Of a DNA stretch of 20,000 nt, positions 9,245-17,561 are shown one piece after another. Position numbers and translations under genes: made by a program. The stretch is from an uncultured virus (IMG/VR IMGVR_UViG_3300007229_000009). Its lineage: Duplodnaviria; Heunggongvirae; Uroviricota; Caudoviricetes; Crassvirales. Under the pieces are notes generated by a model, which did not search any database, was not told the DNA's origin, and saw only the letters and a program-made list of their open reading frames with translations. The stretch is taken from IMG/VR virus record IMGVR_UViG_3300007229_000009; one strand, given 5' to 3'. Positions within the stretch are counted from its first letter, which is position 1. The number at the start of each line of letters is the position of its first letter.

Positions 9245-11803
9245 CTACATTTCGTTTATTCTAGATTCTAATGCTACTATTTTAGCATTTAGCTCTTGTA
9301 TTGTTTTAACAAGAACAGCAAACTCCATACCTACTTTCAAACCTTTACCATCTTTATATCCAGAAACAAGTTCACCTTGTTCTTTTAAAGGTACCCCATG
9401 CTCATCATGTGTTTTATATATTCTAGTATCTCTAGTATTAACCCAAGATGGAAAAACTTGTTCAACCTCTTGAGCTATTAATCCTATTTGTTTTTTGTTA
9501 TCACCTATAAAATTAAAATTTTTAACTTTAAGTGACAATATATCATCTAGTTTAGAAGTTGCTTCTACAATGTTTTCTTTTACCCTTTCATCTGAGCTAA
9601 TTGTACCGTAACTACCATTTATATTTTTTATATCTCCATCATCTTCAAAATCAATCATGTTTGCCATATAACCCCCAACGTTATATTTTCTCCATTTAAC
9701 AGACACATTACTCGTGCCTGCATCTGGACAATCATATAGCCATGTTCCTAAAGTTTGATTTAAACTTATTCTAGTTACCAGTAAAGCATTAACATAACCC
9801 CCAAAAAATATACTAGATGTACTGTGTAGACCTTCGGCTCCGATATATATACTGTTTGGTGTGGTTGCAGTGTCTACTATATTTAGTCCCCATGTGTTGC
9901 CACTGTTTGAAGGTTCGTAGCCAAAAATATATTCTTGACTGTGTGTGTGGCCGCTATGTATTTCACTAGCGATTATATTAACTGGACCATCAAAGTTTTT
10001 TGCAGCAGTAAAATAATTAGTGCTATTAGATAATTTACCTATTTGAGCTTTTAAAACTCCTGCGGCTTTAAACGTTATGTTTGATTGGTAGCTTGTTGAT
10101 GTTCCATTTGTGTCTGTATCATTTATATCTACATTTGCCAAGGCTCCAGACGCTGCAACTCCTAATCCTCCAATATTAACTATTCCTTCAGCTCTTATTT
10201 GTCCGTCTACATCTAATTTATATTGAGGCGAATCAGTTCCTATTCCTACGTTTCCTGCTCCTTTAACCACCATTCTTACAACACCACTTGTTCCTAAAAC
10301 AACAAAGTCTTGTCCATTTCTTGGCTCTACAACTAAATTACCAGATGTTCCTGTAAAAGGATATGCACCACCCGTATTTTCAGTAGAGTATATTGTAGAA
10401 TATGTTAAATTAGAAGCTGCTACTATATTATTTCTAATACCTATCCTACCACCATTTATATCTAATTTACTAGCAGGCGATGTTAATCCAATTCCGACGT
10501 TGCCGTTAGTATTGACTCTCATTTGTTCACCACCACCAGCAATAAATCTTATATAACCCCAACTGCTTGATGTTCTATTGTATGATTGCCAAGCTGTACC
10601 ACTTGCTTCAGAATATAATTCTAAATCACAATTAGAACCTGATTTTATAGCAAGTTCAGCATTTGCAGCATTAGCAGTTCCTATGCCAACTTTACCGTTA
10701 CTTTTGATACGCATTCTTTCTGTAGCACTTGTGCCTGTACCAAAAGTTAATGGAATGTCTGCAAGTGTTTGAAGTTGAACTATGGTAGCACTTGCATTTA
10801 ATTCTCCGTATCTTGTTCCATTTTGACCTAAATCAATTCCAGAATAAGAAGTTCCATTTATCTGTAACTTAGCAATACCAGTTCCTCCTATACCAACACT
10901 TCTACCATAAAATCTACCAAATATATCTCCGTCTGTAACTCCTATCCCGACATCCCCTGAAATGTCTATACGCATTCTTTCATTTGAACCAGCAGTTCTA
11001 AATACTAAATATCCAGACGCATTTGTTGCAGCTAAATAATTTGCACCTGCTCTTGCCATTCCTATAAATGCTGAATTTGTATCACCAATTGTAACATCAC
11101 CATCTAAAAATGATGTGCCTGTTATAGATATGTTTCCAGATGCTTGAAAGTTTGCTGTGAATATAGTATCACCATCAACATAAAAATCAGAATCAGAATC
11201 AATAGCAGTTGTGCCATTCCAAATTGCTAATCTATTATTAACACCAGTACCAGTTACGGTTCCTGTTGTTGGGGTTGTCCATGTAGGATTAGAGTTTCCA
11301 CCAGAAGTTAATACTTGACCAGATGAACCATAGTTAGTTCCTGTCGATCCGACAGATATAGCTCCAGTATCTGTAATTCTTAATCTTTCAACACCACTTG
11401 TCGTTCCAGAAGTTGCAGTTTCAAATCTAATATAGCCTCCATCTGCACCAGTAGCTGACTGTTCTAAATGAATTGATGATAGATACCCCCTACTACTTTC
11501 ACCTATTAACCTTCCTCCTGCTGTTGCTACATCTAATAATTGAGTGCTATGAATTTGTCCATTTTCATCGAACGTCACTTTACCTGCACTGCTAGTGCCG
11601 ATTGAAACACCATCTAATGATCCACTTAATGATTCACACTTAAATAACCAAGTTTCATTTCCTGTTTGTGTAATTTCTAGAAAAGTTCCATTATCGACTA
11701 AACTAGGAATACTAATAACATTATTAGTTTTATTTAAGGTGACGGTAGAGTTTATGGTTAAAGCACCATCTATGTCTCCGCTACTTAAGAATCTAATCGC
11801 CAT
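9245..11803 (-). CDS. Tail fibre with GNVGIG repeats and C-terminal S74-type chaperone
   Basis: GNVGIG and ERMRI repeats, GSSGQVLTSGG fibre motif; C-terminal SSDERVKENI..IGLIAQEVEQVFP..LVKTIQEL. Confidence 0.88.
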   Translation of the reverse strand: MAIRFLSSGDIDGALTINSTVTLNKTNNVISIPSLVDNGTFLEITQTGNETWLFKCESLSGSLDGVSIGTSSAGKVTFDENGQIHSTQLLDVATAGGRLIGESSRGYLSSIHLEQSATGADGGYIRFETATSGTTSGVERLRITDTGAISVGSTGTNYGSSGQVLTSGGNSNPTWTTPTTGTVTGTGVNNRLAIWNGTTAIDSDSDFYVDGDTIFTANFQASGNISITGTSFLDGDVTIGDTNSAFIGMARAGANYLAATNASGYLVFRTAGSNERMRIDISGDVGIGVTDGDIFGRFYGRSVGIGGTGIAKLQINGTSYSGIDLGQNGTRYGELNASATIVQLQTLADIPLTFGTGTSATERMRIKSNGKVGIGTANAANAELAIKSGSNCDLELYSEASGTAWQSYNRTSSSWGYIRFIAGGGEQMRVNTNGNVGIGLTSPASKLDINGGRIGIRNNIVAASNLTYSTIYSTENTGGAYPFTGTSGNLVVEPRNGQDFVVLGTSGVVRMVVKGAGNVGIGTDSPQYKLDVDGQIRAEGIVNIGGLGVAASGALANVDINDTDTNGTSTSYQSNITFKAAGVLKAQIGKLSNSTNYFTAAKNFDGPVNIIASEIHSGHTHSQEYIFGYEPSNSGNTWGLNIVDTATTPNSIYIGAEGLHSTSSIFFGGYVNALLVTRISLNQTLGTWLYDCPDAGTSNVSVKWRKYNVGGYMANMIDFEDDGDIKNINGSYGTISSDERVKENIVEATSKLDDILSLKVKNFNFIGDNKKQIGLIAQEVEQVFPSWVNTRDTRIYKTHDEHGVPLKEQGELVSGYKDGKGLKVGMEFAVLVKTIQELNAKIVALESRINEM

Positions 11804-11821
11804 GTGAGTAAAGTTAATGTT

Positions 11822-13312
11822 TTACACAGCGGTTACCAAAATCCTAGCTTCAGCAGTAGCTAAAGTTGTTGTAGTAGTTATAGTTACTTGTGTTGTACTG
11901 TTTCTAACTGTATCTGCATAAATTGTTTCGCCAGTAGACTTTAATACTAACTGTACAATTACATCTAATGTTCCTAAGTTATGAGTTACAATAATAGGGT
12001 TAGTTGAGCCATCTCCAATGTCAACTGCATAATTTAAATTTGTTCCTACACAAGATTGAACTTCAGTACAAAAGTCTGTTACTTGAGATGCTGTTATTGC
12101 GATAGCTGGTTCTGATGCTCCAGTAATAACACCTTTATCATCTACAGTAATTACGGTTGCTTTTGCTGCTGCACCATATGTATCTGCAGTTAATCCACCT
12201 TGAGTGTCTAAAGATACTGCTCCTGCCGCACTTACCGTAAGTCCTCCTGCTGTAGGAATGCTTACAATACCTGTAGTTGTTGCTGTTGCTATACCTATGT
12301 TATTTTGAACAGTAATCCAGTCAGTTAATGCTCCTGCCCCAGCTGCAGTTGCAGTTTGACATATTAATGTGTCACCAACCGCTACAGTTTCAGTATAAAA
12401 AGTACCATCTACAGTTACGACATAAGTATCACCGACTGCACATGCAATCTGTGTACCTCTACTATCTAAAAAGTCTGTTGTTCCTGCAACCTTACCGGTA
12501 CTACCATCAAATCCTCCTTTAAATTCTAAAAGTCCCGTTACAGCAGCATCAACATATGCTTTTGTTGCTGCGTCTTGTGCATCTGTAGGATTAGTTACAT
12601 TTATAAGTTTATTTGTATTAATATCTAAATTTGCGGCTGGAGCTCCTAGTAAGTTAATAGGTATTTCACTACTTTGTTTTCTTTTCTGAGCTGTTCCATC
12701 TAATACAATAAATTCATCAGTGTTAACCCAGGTTTGAGTCATGTCTGGTAAATCTTCTAATTGTAAGCTATATGTTACTGTATCTGTAGCACTAATTGTT
12801 GCTTCTAAACCTGTATTATGTGCAAATGTAATTGTGTCTCCATTTTCAACAGTCTCTGAAGTTGTACCATCACTTATATTAAAACTAGTTACGGGTTGTG
12901 TACCAGCAGTAACTGCTGTGATTTGTCCTTTTTTATTGTAACCAATACTAGTTGGGAATGCGACTGTGCCTGCTGCAGCACTAGGTGCATTATCATCCAT
13001 TGTAATTGTTACCTGTCTAGTAGCTCCCGCAGTTGTTGTTATAAACCCTGACTCACCAGCTACAGTTGCAGATTGACCATTTCCAATAGTTTGTGTTCCT
13101 GAATCTCCTGCTAATATCCACGTAACCATACCAGATGATATCGCTACCCATGTATTACTACCAGTGTGATAGTAAAGTTCATTTGTGTCAGTTCTGTATA
13201 TAAGTTGTCCTTCACCAGCTAGTCCACTTGGGTTAGATGATTGATTATCGACAATAAAGCCTTTCAGCTCATTATTATCAAGATTAATATTAGATAAATA
13301 TTTTATTGCCAT
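11822..13312 (-). CDS. Fibre or extender structural protein (no S74 chaperone)
   Basis: Thr/Ala/Gly-rich; fibre motif NPTDAQDAATKAYVD; N-terminus MAIKYLS shared with the three fibres; C-terminal VTHNLG domain. Confidence 0.75.
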   Translation of the reverse strand: MAIKYLSNINLDNNELKGFIVDNQSSNPSGLAGEGQLIYRTDTNELYYHTGSNTWVAISSGMVTWILAGDSGTQTIGNGQSATVAGESGFITTTAGATRQVTITMDDNAPSAAAGTVAFPTSIGYNKKGQITAVTAGTQPVTSFNISDGTTSETVENGDTITFAHNTGLEATISATDTVTYSLQLEDLPDMTQTWVNTDEFIVLDGTAQKRKQSSEIPINLLGAPAANLDINTNKLINVTNPTDAQDAATKAYVDAAVTGLLEFKGGFDGSTGKVAGTTDFLDSRGTQIACAVGDTYVVTVDGTFYTETVAVGDTLICQTATAAGAGALTDWITVQNNIGIATATTTGIVSIPTAGGLTVSAAGAVSLDTQGGLTADTYGAAAKATVITVDDKGVITGASEPAIAITASQVTDFCTEVQSCVGTNLNYAVDIGDGSTNPIIVTHNLGTLDVIVQLVLKSTGETIYADTVRNSTTQVTITTTTTLATAEARILVTAV

Positions 13313-13323
13313 AATTTTTTATT

Positions 13324-14049
13324 TTAATTAAATGTTACAACCCCAGTAAATCCTGGGTTTGCAGGTTGTGCAAATGTTAATGTTACTTGATTGTTATCAA
13401 CAAAATCAACATCGCAAAAAATTTCTACTCCAGGACTTGCAATTGTTCCTGTCAAAACTGTTACTGATGGAATTTTGTTCAAACCATGAACAACAGTGTA
13501 TTGATTTGATCCAGTTAATGCAAATGTAAAGTTTGCATCAGATGTCCCTGGAATACTTAGCAAAGATATAAAATAATCTTTGTTTGCTGTTAAGCCATTT
13601 TGACTGTTCTTATGGGTAACAGCTATGTCGTAAAAGTTTCCACTTGCATCTACTGTAGCGGTGTTCCAAGTAAAAATAGCCCATTTAGATATGTCATCAC
13701 ATTGAGTGACCAATACATCTGCACCTAATAATCCAGTTTCATAATACCCAGAAATGTCTGTTGTAGGTTCTACTAATGCATACTTGCTAATTTTAAATCC
13801 TGTTATTCCAGAAAACGATACATTGTCATTACCTTGTGGATTAAATGATAAACTTCCAGTCCCAACTGGAACAGTATTAGTATATACAAATCTTATAGCT
13901 TGTGACTGAACAGCTTCCCTGTTCATAAACTTAGCTACAGACTCTATAGTAAAGTTTTTAGTAGCAAAACTACTATTAGCGTCTGATCCAATCCAATAAT
14001 CGGAGCCAACTAGTTTAGTGTCTAAAGGGTAAGTACTAATTCTTGCCAT
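13324..14049 (-). CDS. Putative fibre-anchor structural protein
   Basis: MARISTYP..SDYWIGSDAN..TKNFTIESV N-terminus (paralog of 2424..2957); the C-terminal VVHGLN..VTLTF domain resembles the end of 11822..13312. Confidence 0.65.
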   Translation of the reverse strand: MARISTYPLDTKLVGSDYWIGSDANSSFATKNFTIESVAKFMNREAVQSQAIRFVYTNTVPVGTGSLSFNPQGNDNVSFSGITGFKISKYALVEPTTDISGYYETGLLGADVLVTQCDDISKWAIFTWNTATVDASGNFYDIAVTHKNSQNGLTANKDYFISLLSIPGTSDANFTFALTGSNQYTVVHGLNKIPSVTVLTGTIASPGVEIFCDVDFVDNNQVTLTFAQPANPGFTGVVTFN

Positions 14050-14064
14050 AATAATTTATTTTAA

Positions 14065-14072
14065 CAAAGTTA
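14065..14072 (-). promoter_or_regulatory. Bacteroidota-type -7 promoter element (TAACTTTG)
   Basis: Exact TAnnTTTG match 15 bp upstream of the ATG at 14049. Confidence 0.6.
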
Positions 14073-14091
14073 ATAAATCTTTTGCTTTGTT

Positions 14092-14499
14092 TTATTTCTT
14101 CCAAATCTTTGCAGTTTTTTCAATACCTCGAGAAGTAAAATAAAAACCTAGACTCATTATTACAATTTGTCCAAGCAGATCTACATACTGATTTGCTATA
14201 TTAAATTCTCCTATATTGCCATCTGATATAGCAAATAGTGTATATAATATTAAGCTAAAAATAGTAAGTAGAGGACGTATATTCTTCGAAAGCCATGAAT
14301 CCGATTGCATGTCTGCGGCATGACGTGATGTGATTTCTTTTTCTAGACTCAATTCATGAGACATAAAAATCTCTGTCATTTGTTTTTCAAACTCCGCCTT
14401 TTCATCTTTAGTCCTTACAAACTTATCAACTACTCCTCCTAGTTTTTCTGCGATAGAGACTCCAGCTCCACCAAACATTTTTGCAAATAATTTTTTCAT
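14092..14499 (-). CDS. Holin (GTA-type 3TM holin family-like)
   Basis: SDSWLSKNIRP motif followed by two hydrophobic segments and GFYFTSRGIEK; overlaps the endolysin gene by 4 bp. Confidence 0.8.
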   Translation of the reverse strand: MKKLFAKMFGGAGVSIAEKLGGVVDKFVRTKDEKAEFEKQMTEIFMSHELSLEKEITSRHAADMQSDSWLSKNIRPLLTIFSLILYTLFAISDGNIGEFNIANQYVDLLGQIVIMSLGFYFTSRGIEKTAKIWKK

Positions 14500-14909
14500 G
14501 TTAAATATTTATATTCTTCCTTTGCATCGAAACTAGGACATGCTTTTGTAGAAAAGTCTCTGTGACCATATATTTCTGCATTTGGATGAAATTTTTTTAA
14601 TAAATTTAATAAATCTAAAAGTGTAGATTTTTGTTCTTCAGTTCTTGTGTCTTCCCATTCATTCATATCTTCATCCATCCCCCCAATATAACATACACCT
14701 ATGCTAGATTTATTTTGTCCTTTACAATGAGCACCTTGAATGTTAACCATTCTTCCATACTCCATACTTCCATCAATATGAACAATATAATGATAACCAA
14801 TATCTGAGAAGCCTCTTTCTAAATGCCATTTCTTTATAGTATCAGCACTGAAATGTTTTCCTTTTGGAGTTGCTGAACAGTGGACAATAATTTTATCTAT
14901 GTTTCTCAT
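14496..14909 (-). CDS. Endolysin, N-acetylmuramoyl-L-alanine amidase (T7 lysozyme/Amidase_2 type)
   Basis: IIVHCSAT, DIGYHY, GAHCKG.N..SIGVCYIGG, GHRDF and KACPSF carry the Zn-binding His/His/Cys pattern. Confidence 0.95.
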   Translation of the reverse strand: MRNIDKIIVHCSATPKGKHFSADTIKKWHLERGFSDIGYHYIVHIDGSMEYGRMVNIQGAHCKGQNKSSIGVCYIGGMDEDMNEWEDTRTEEQKSTLLDLLNLLKKFHPNAEIYGHRDFSTKACPSFDAKEEYKYLT

Positions 14910-14913
14910 TTAA

Positions 14914-15234
14914 CTATTCTTTAGCAATAATATTTACTCTATCTTGTATTTCTTCTTTAGTCGCTGTTATTTTAAAACTTAAATTAGCAACCCATTGTCC
15001 TCTTGGTTTTCCATTTTTGTCTAATAAAATTATTATTGGAACAGATTTTATTTGTGCTTTGAGTGATGGGACTTGATCTTCTAATAATGCATATCTCACT
15101 TTACAATTCTGTATGCCCTTTAAATCAAAATTATTAGGTTGATTCCATTTTGCATTTATATGCATTAATGTTAAATCTTGTGCATTTATAAAACACAAAA
15201 AAAACACAAAAAAAACACATATTAAATTTTTCAT
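14914..15234 (-). CDS. Exported thioredoxin-like-fold protein lacking CxxC
   Basis: Signal peptide MKNLICVFFVFFLCFINA-Q; HINAKWN at the usual F-x-A-x-W-C position; IKSVPIIILL cis-Pro-like strand. Confidence 0.55.
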   Translation of the reverse strand: MKNLICVFFVFFLCFINAQDLTLMHINAKWNQPNNFDLKGIQNCKVRYALLEDQVPSLKAQIKSVPIIILLDKNGKPRGQWVANLSFKITATKEEIQDRVNIIAKE

Positions 15235-15542
15235 CTTTTTTTATAAACTTTATCTTCTAAATCTTTTATTGCTTCTTTATTTTCTTCAACATCTTCTTTT
15301 ATATTTTCAGTAAGCTTATCAATTGTAACTATGTTAGAACGAATTAACTCATCTTTAAATTTAAACTCCATTTGTTGTACAAACTCATCTCCAGAAAAAT
15401 TATCTATTTTGTTTTGTAATTCTGATATATCACTTTGTAAAGTAAACCACATACTAGCTAAAGAAATTGTTCCTGCTATAATTATGCCGATTGTTTTTAA
15501 ATCAAGCTGTACGTTAGTATCTTCACCAATCTTAGTTGCCAT
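15231..15542 (-). CDS. Single-TM coiled-coil membrane protein
   Basis: Hydrophobic segment TIGIIIAGTISLASMWFTL followed by a coiled coil; paralog of 15545..15820. Confidence 0.7.
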   Translation of the reverse strand: MATKIGEDTNVQLDLKTIGIIIAGTISLASMWFTLQSDISELQNKIDNFSGDEFVQQMEFKFKDELIRSNIVTIDKLTENIKEDVEENKEAIKDLEDKVYKKR

Positions 15543-15544
15543 GG

Positions 15545-15820
15545 TTATTTTTTATTTTTTATTATATAATCTTTTATGTATTTAATGTCATCTTTTATGT
15601 CAGAAATATCTTCTTTCATATTTTCGAAATCATTTTTTATTAACTCATCTTTATAAGACAATTCAATTTTCGTGACTTCTGGTAATGGCAATTGTTTTGC
15701 CAATGCAATATCAGCTTTAAGAGTAAAAAAAACAGCTAATAATGAACCTAATCCAAGTGCTCCAGTTATAAGTTCTTTTATTGATAAACTAAATTTACTT
15801 TGTGGATTAAATTTTTTCAT
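15545..15820 (-). CDS. Single-TM coiled-coil membrane protein
   Basis: LITGALGLGSLLAVFFTL followed by a coiled coil; shares FTLxxDI and KDELI with 15231..15542. Confidence 0.7.
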   Translation of the reverse strand: MKKFNPQSKFSLSIKELITGALGLGSLLAVFFTLKADIALAKQLPLPEVTKIELSYKDELIKNDFENMKEDISDIKDDIKYIKDYIIKNKK

Positions 15821-15899
15821 TATTATTATTTTACATAAGTGTAATTAAAAACTATTTCATCGTTTAACAAACTATTTGTTTGCGTGTAGTAATATTTAT

Positions 15900-16694
15900 T
15901 TACCATATTGCTATAAGTTTATCTGCTGTAGTTCCTGTTGCCATTACTTGTACACATTGTATTGGTAGGTAAGAACCTACTTGACAATTATGAAATGTAA
16001 TTATATCTCCAGCTACAGTTCTTACTGTTACATTATAAAACTGAGTAGCTATAGTAGTAGCTGCAGTTGCATCTCCTACATATATTAAACACCCTTCGTT
16101 GTTTGATGTTGTAGCCACACCTCCATTTGTGCCACCATATGCTGGATAATTAGAACCGCCTTCTGCTTGTGAATATATTCTAAAGTTGTCATCGTATGTA
16201 GAGTCTGTACCAAATATATTAGCACTTAAGGTTAATTCATCTACACCAACGACTGCTGAAACTGTAGCAATACCTGGATTGTCAGTATTTAAAACTATAT
16301 CTCCAGGCTTAACCCCTTTAGCTACAAAATCTATTTCATCATCTACTAACGCATTTTGTCTTACTATTAAATAGTTTTCGGGTGTTGCTTGAAAAATATT
16401 ACTACCAAAAGCTAATTGTGTGGCAGAATCTACAGCTGTTACTGCGGCATTTGCTGGAGTTGTTGTATTATAAACAACATCACCAACAACTACTGGAAGT
16501 GGTGGAGTTGTTGCTGTCCATGTTGCACCAGTGTCAACCAGTTTGTTTGTTACAACAGAAGTATTTACTCCATTGTCAACTTGATTGCCCACGCCTGTAG
16601 CTGCTATAAAGTTTGGATTTGGTATTGGAATTGTGTCACTTGGCACTACTATAAGTGCTTGTCCCGTGTTAACGGTAATTTTAGGATACGCCAT
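15900..16694 (-). CDS. Head-spike-base-like structural protein with an inserted tandem repeat
   Basis: N-terminal A..VVPSD and C-terminal IYVG..NVTVRTVAGD..TF.N..G..LPI....VMATGTTA..LIAIW resemble the RcGTA Rcc01079 spike base. The middle has two LVD..GD.V.NT..A.V.AV....L....NIF repeats. Confidence 0.55.
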   Translation of the reverse strand: MAYPKITVNTGQALIVVPSDTIPIPNPNFIAATGVGNQVDNGVNTSVVTNKLVDTGATWTATTPPLPVVVGDVVYNTTTPANAAVTAVDSATQLAFGSNIFQATPENYLIVRQNALVDDEIDFVAKGVKPGDIVLNTDNPGIATVSAVVGVDELTLSANIFGTDSTYDDNFRIYSQAEGGSNYPAYGGTNGGVATTSNNEGCLIYVGDATAATTIATQFYNVTVRTVAGDIITFHNCQVGSYLPIQCVQVMATGTTADKLIAIW

Positions 16695-16724
16695 TTTATT
16701 TAATTTAGAGGGTTAAAAATCTCT

Positions 16725-16871
16725 TTATCTATCGTAAGGAAACATACGGTTCAACGTATCTCTACGCTTGTTACAACCACAGTCGCCTTTCGTTACTGTT
16801 TCGACTACTTTTTTTATACCAGTAGCCTTGGTAAATTTTTCTATACTATCGCCTATGCCTCTTGATTTCAT
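16725..16871 (-). CDS. Basic microprotein with CGC motif (48 aa)
   Basis: Hand translated: MKSRGIGDSIEKFTKATGIKKVVETVTKGDCGCNKRRDTLNRMFPYDR. I recall a similar GxGD..TKATGIK..DCGC..LN..FPY family in Flavobacteria-type phages. Confidence 0.85.
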   Translation of the reverse strand: MKSRGIGDSIEKFTKATGIKKVVETVTKGDCGCNKRRDTLNRMFPYDR

Positions 16872-16873
16872 AA

Positions 16874-17014
16874 TTATTTTTTACAAACACACTGTGCGAC
16901 TGGACATTCTTTAACATCTATAATTAGTTTTGACACTAACCAGTTCCATTTACATAAAAGTTTTTTCCAAACTTTCTGAATCCAATGTCCTATCTTAACT
17001 AATAACTTGCCCAT
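16874..17014 (-). CDS. Cationic amphipathic Trp/Cys microprotein (46 aa)
   Basis: Hand translated: MGKLLVKIGHWIQKVWKKLLCKWNWLVSKLIIDVKECPVAQCVCKK; fills the gap between neighbours (0 and 2 bp spacers). Confidence 0.75.
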   Translation of the reverse strand: MGKLLVKIGHWIQKVWKKLLCKWNWLVSKLIIDVKECPVAQCVCKK

Positions 17015-17173
17015 TTATTTTTTCTTTTTAAACTCTTTTGCTAATGCAACCTGTCTTGCAGCCATTCTATCTTTGATTTCCTGTGATCTATCATGCCATT
17101 CTACGAAGCCTGCTGTAGGAGGATCTTGTTTAGTTATTTTTTTATTAACTAATTTGATTTTTTTCTTAGCCAT
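17015..17173 (-). CDS. Basic microprotein (52 aa)
   Basis: Hand translated: MAKKKIKLVNKKITKQDPPTAGFVEWHDRSQEIKDRMAARQVALAKEFKKKK; TAATG coupling to the upstream ORF. Confidence 0.8.
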   Translation of the reverse strand: MAKKKIKLVNKKITKQDPPTAGFVEWHDRSQEIKDRMAARQVALAKEFKKKK

Positions 17174-17328
17174 TATTTTTTATTTATTTTGCGCATTGTT
17201 TTTGCAAAATTATATTTTTTACTTCCTACTGGACAACTCTTGCTGCCAAATTTTTTCCCAGTGCAATCACCAAGAGTTCCTCTTCGTTTTGCTCCTTGAA
17301 AAACATTTTGTATAAAGTTCTTAGCCAT
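17173..17328 (-). CDS. Basic microprotein (51 aa)
   Basis: MAKNFIQNVFQGAKRRGTLGDCTGKKFGSKSCPVGSKKYNFAKTMRKINKK; start moved to the ATG at 17328 because of the TAATG overlap with the upstream stop. Confidence 0.8.
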   Translation of the reverse strand: MAKNFIQNVFQGAKRRGTLGDCTGKKFGSKSCPVGSKKYNFAKTMRKINKK

Positions 17329-17525
17329 TATTTTAAATGACCGTGAGTTTTCCAACTAGATGAATGTCTGTATGACATTCCAGAGTCACCTCCGTAAGAA
17401 TGTCCATATTCTTTTTTAGACATAGCTTTTGATTCATCTCTACGATCTTTATAAGATTGAGATTTTTTCCCATGCTTAGCACCTAAAGACTCATCTAGTC
17501 TTGAATTATATCCTTGTTTTTTCAT
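17328..17525 (-). CDS. Basic Ser/Gly/His-rich microprotein (65 aa)
   Basis: MKKQGYNSRLDESLGAKHGKKSQSYKDRRDESKAM...; preceded by a promoter motif. Confidence 0.8.
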   Translation of the reverse strand: MKKQGYNSRLDESLGAKHGKKSQSYKDRRDESKAMSKKEYGHSYGGDSGMSYRHSSSWKTHGHLK

Positions 17526-17545
17526 AATTTAAAAATTTATATATA

Positions 17546-17553
17546 CAAATATA
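17546..17553 (-). promoter_or_regulatory. Bacteroidota-type -7 promoter element (TATATTTG)
   Basis: Exact match; the surrounding 14-mer tacaaatatactaa (17544-17557) recurs at 18925-18938. Confidence 0.65.
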
Positions 17554-17561
17554 CTAATATT

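Larger units (their letters stand above)
4318..10504 (-). repeat. Dispersed 30-bp repeat family, consensus GGCAACGTAGGAATYGGAACGACTTCGCCT (encodes GNVGIGTTSP)
   Basis: Copies start (+ coordinates) at 4318, 4540, 4705, 5278, 5470, 7534, 8101, 8416, 8614, 8848, 10226 and 10475. The 15-mer aggcgaagtcgttcc is exact at 4705, 5278, 8416, 8614 and 8848. Confidence 0.9.

Noticed and set aside
4318..10504. 30-bp repeats as a CRISPR array, DGR TR/VR pair or invertible shufflon
   Set aside because: Spacing is irregular (165 bp to kilobases), all copies are in frame and in the same orientation, differences are not adenine-specific, and no cas, reverse transcriptase or invertase gene is in the window.
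15821..15899. Short inverted repeat aacaaa-cta-tttgtt and an ATG-AAA-TAG mini-ORF in the intergenic gap
   Set aside because: AT-only 6-bp stem with no convincing U-tract; expected by chance at this composition.
16700..16725. Possible terminator after the microprotein array
   Set aside because: Only a weak agag/ctct stem with a long loop; not supportable.
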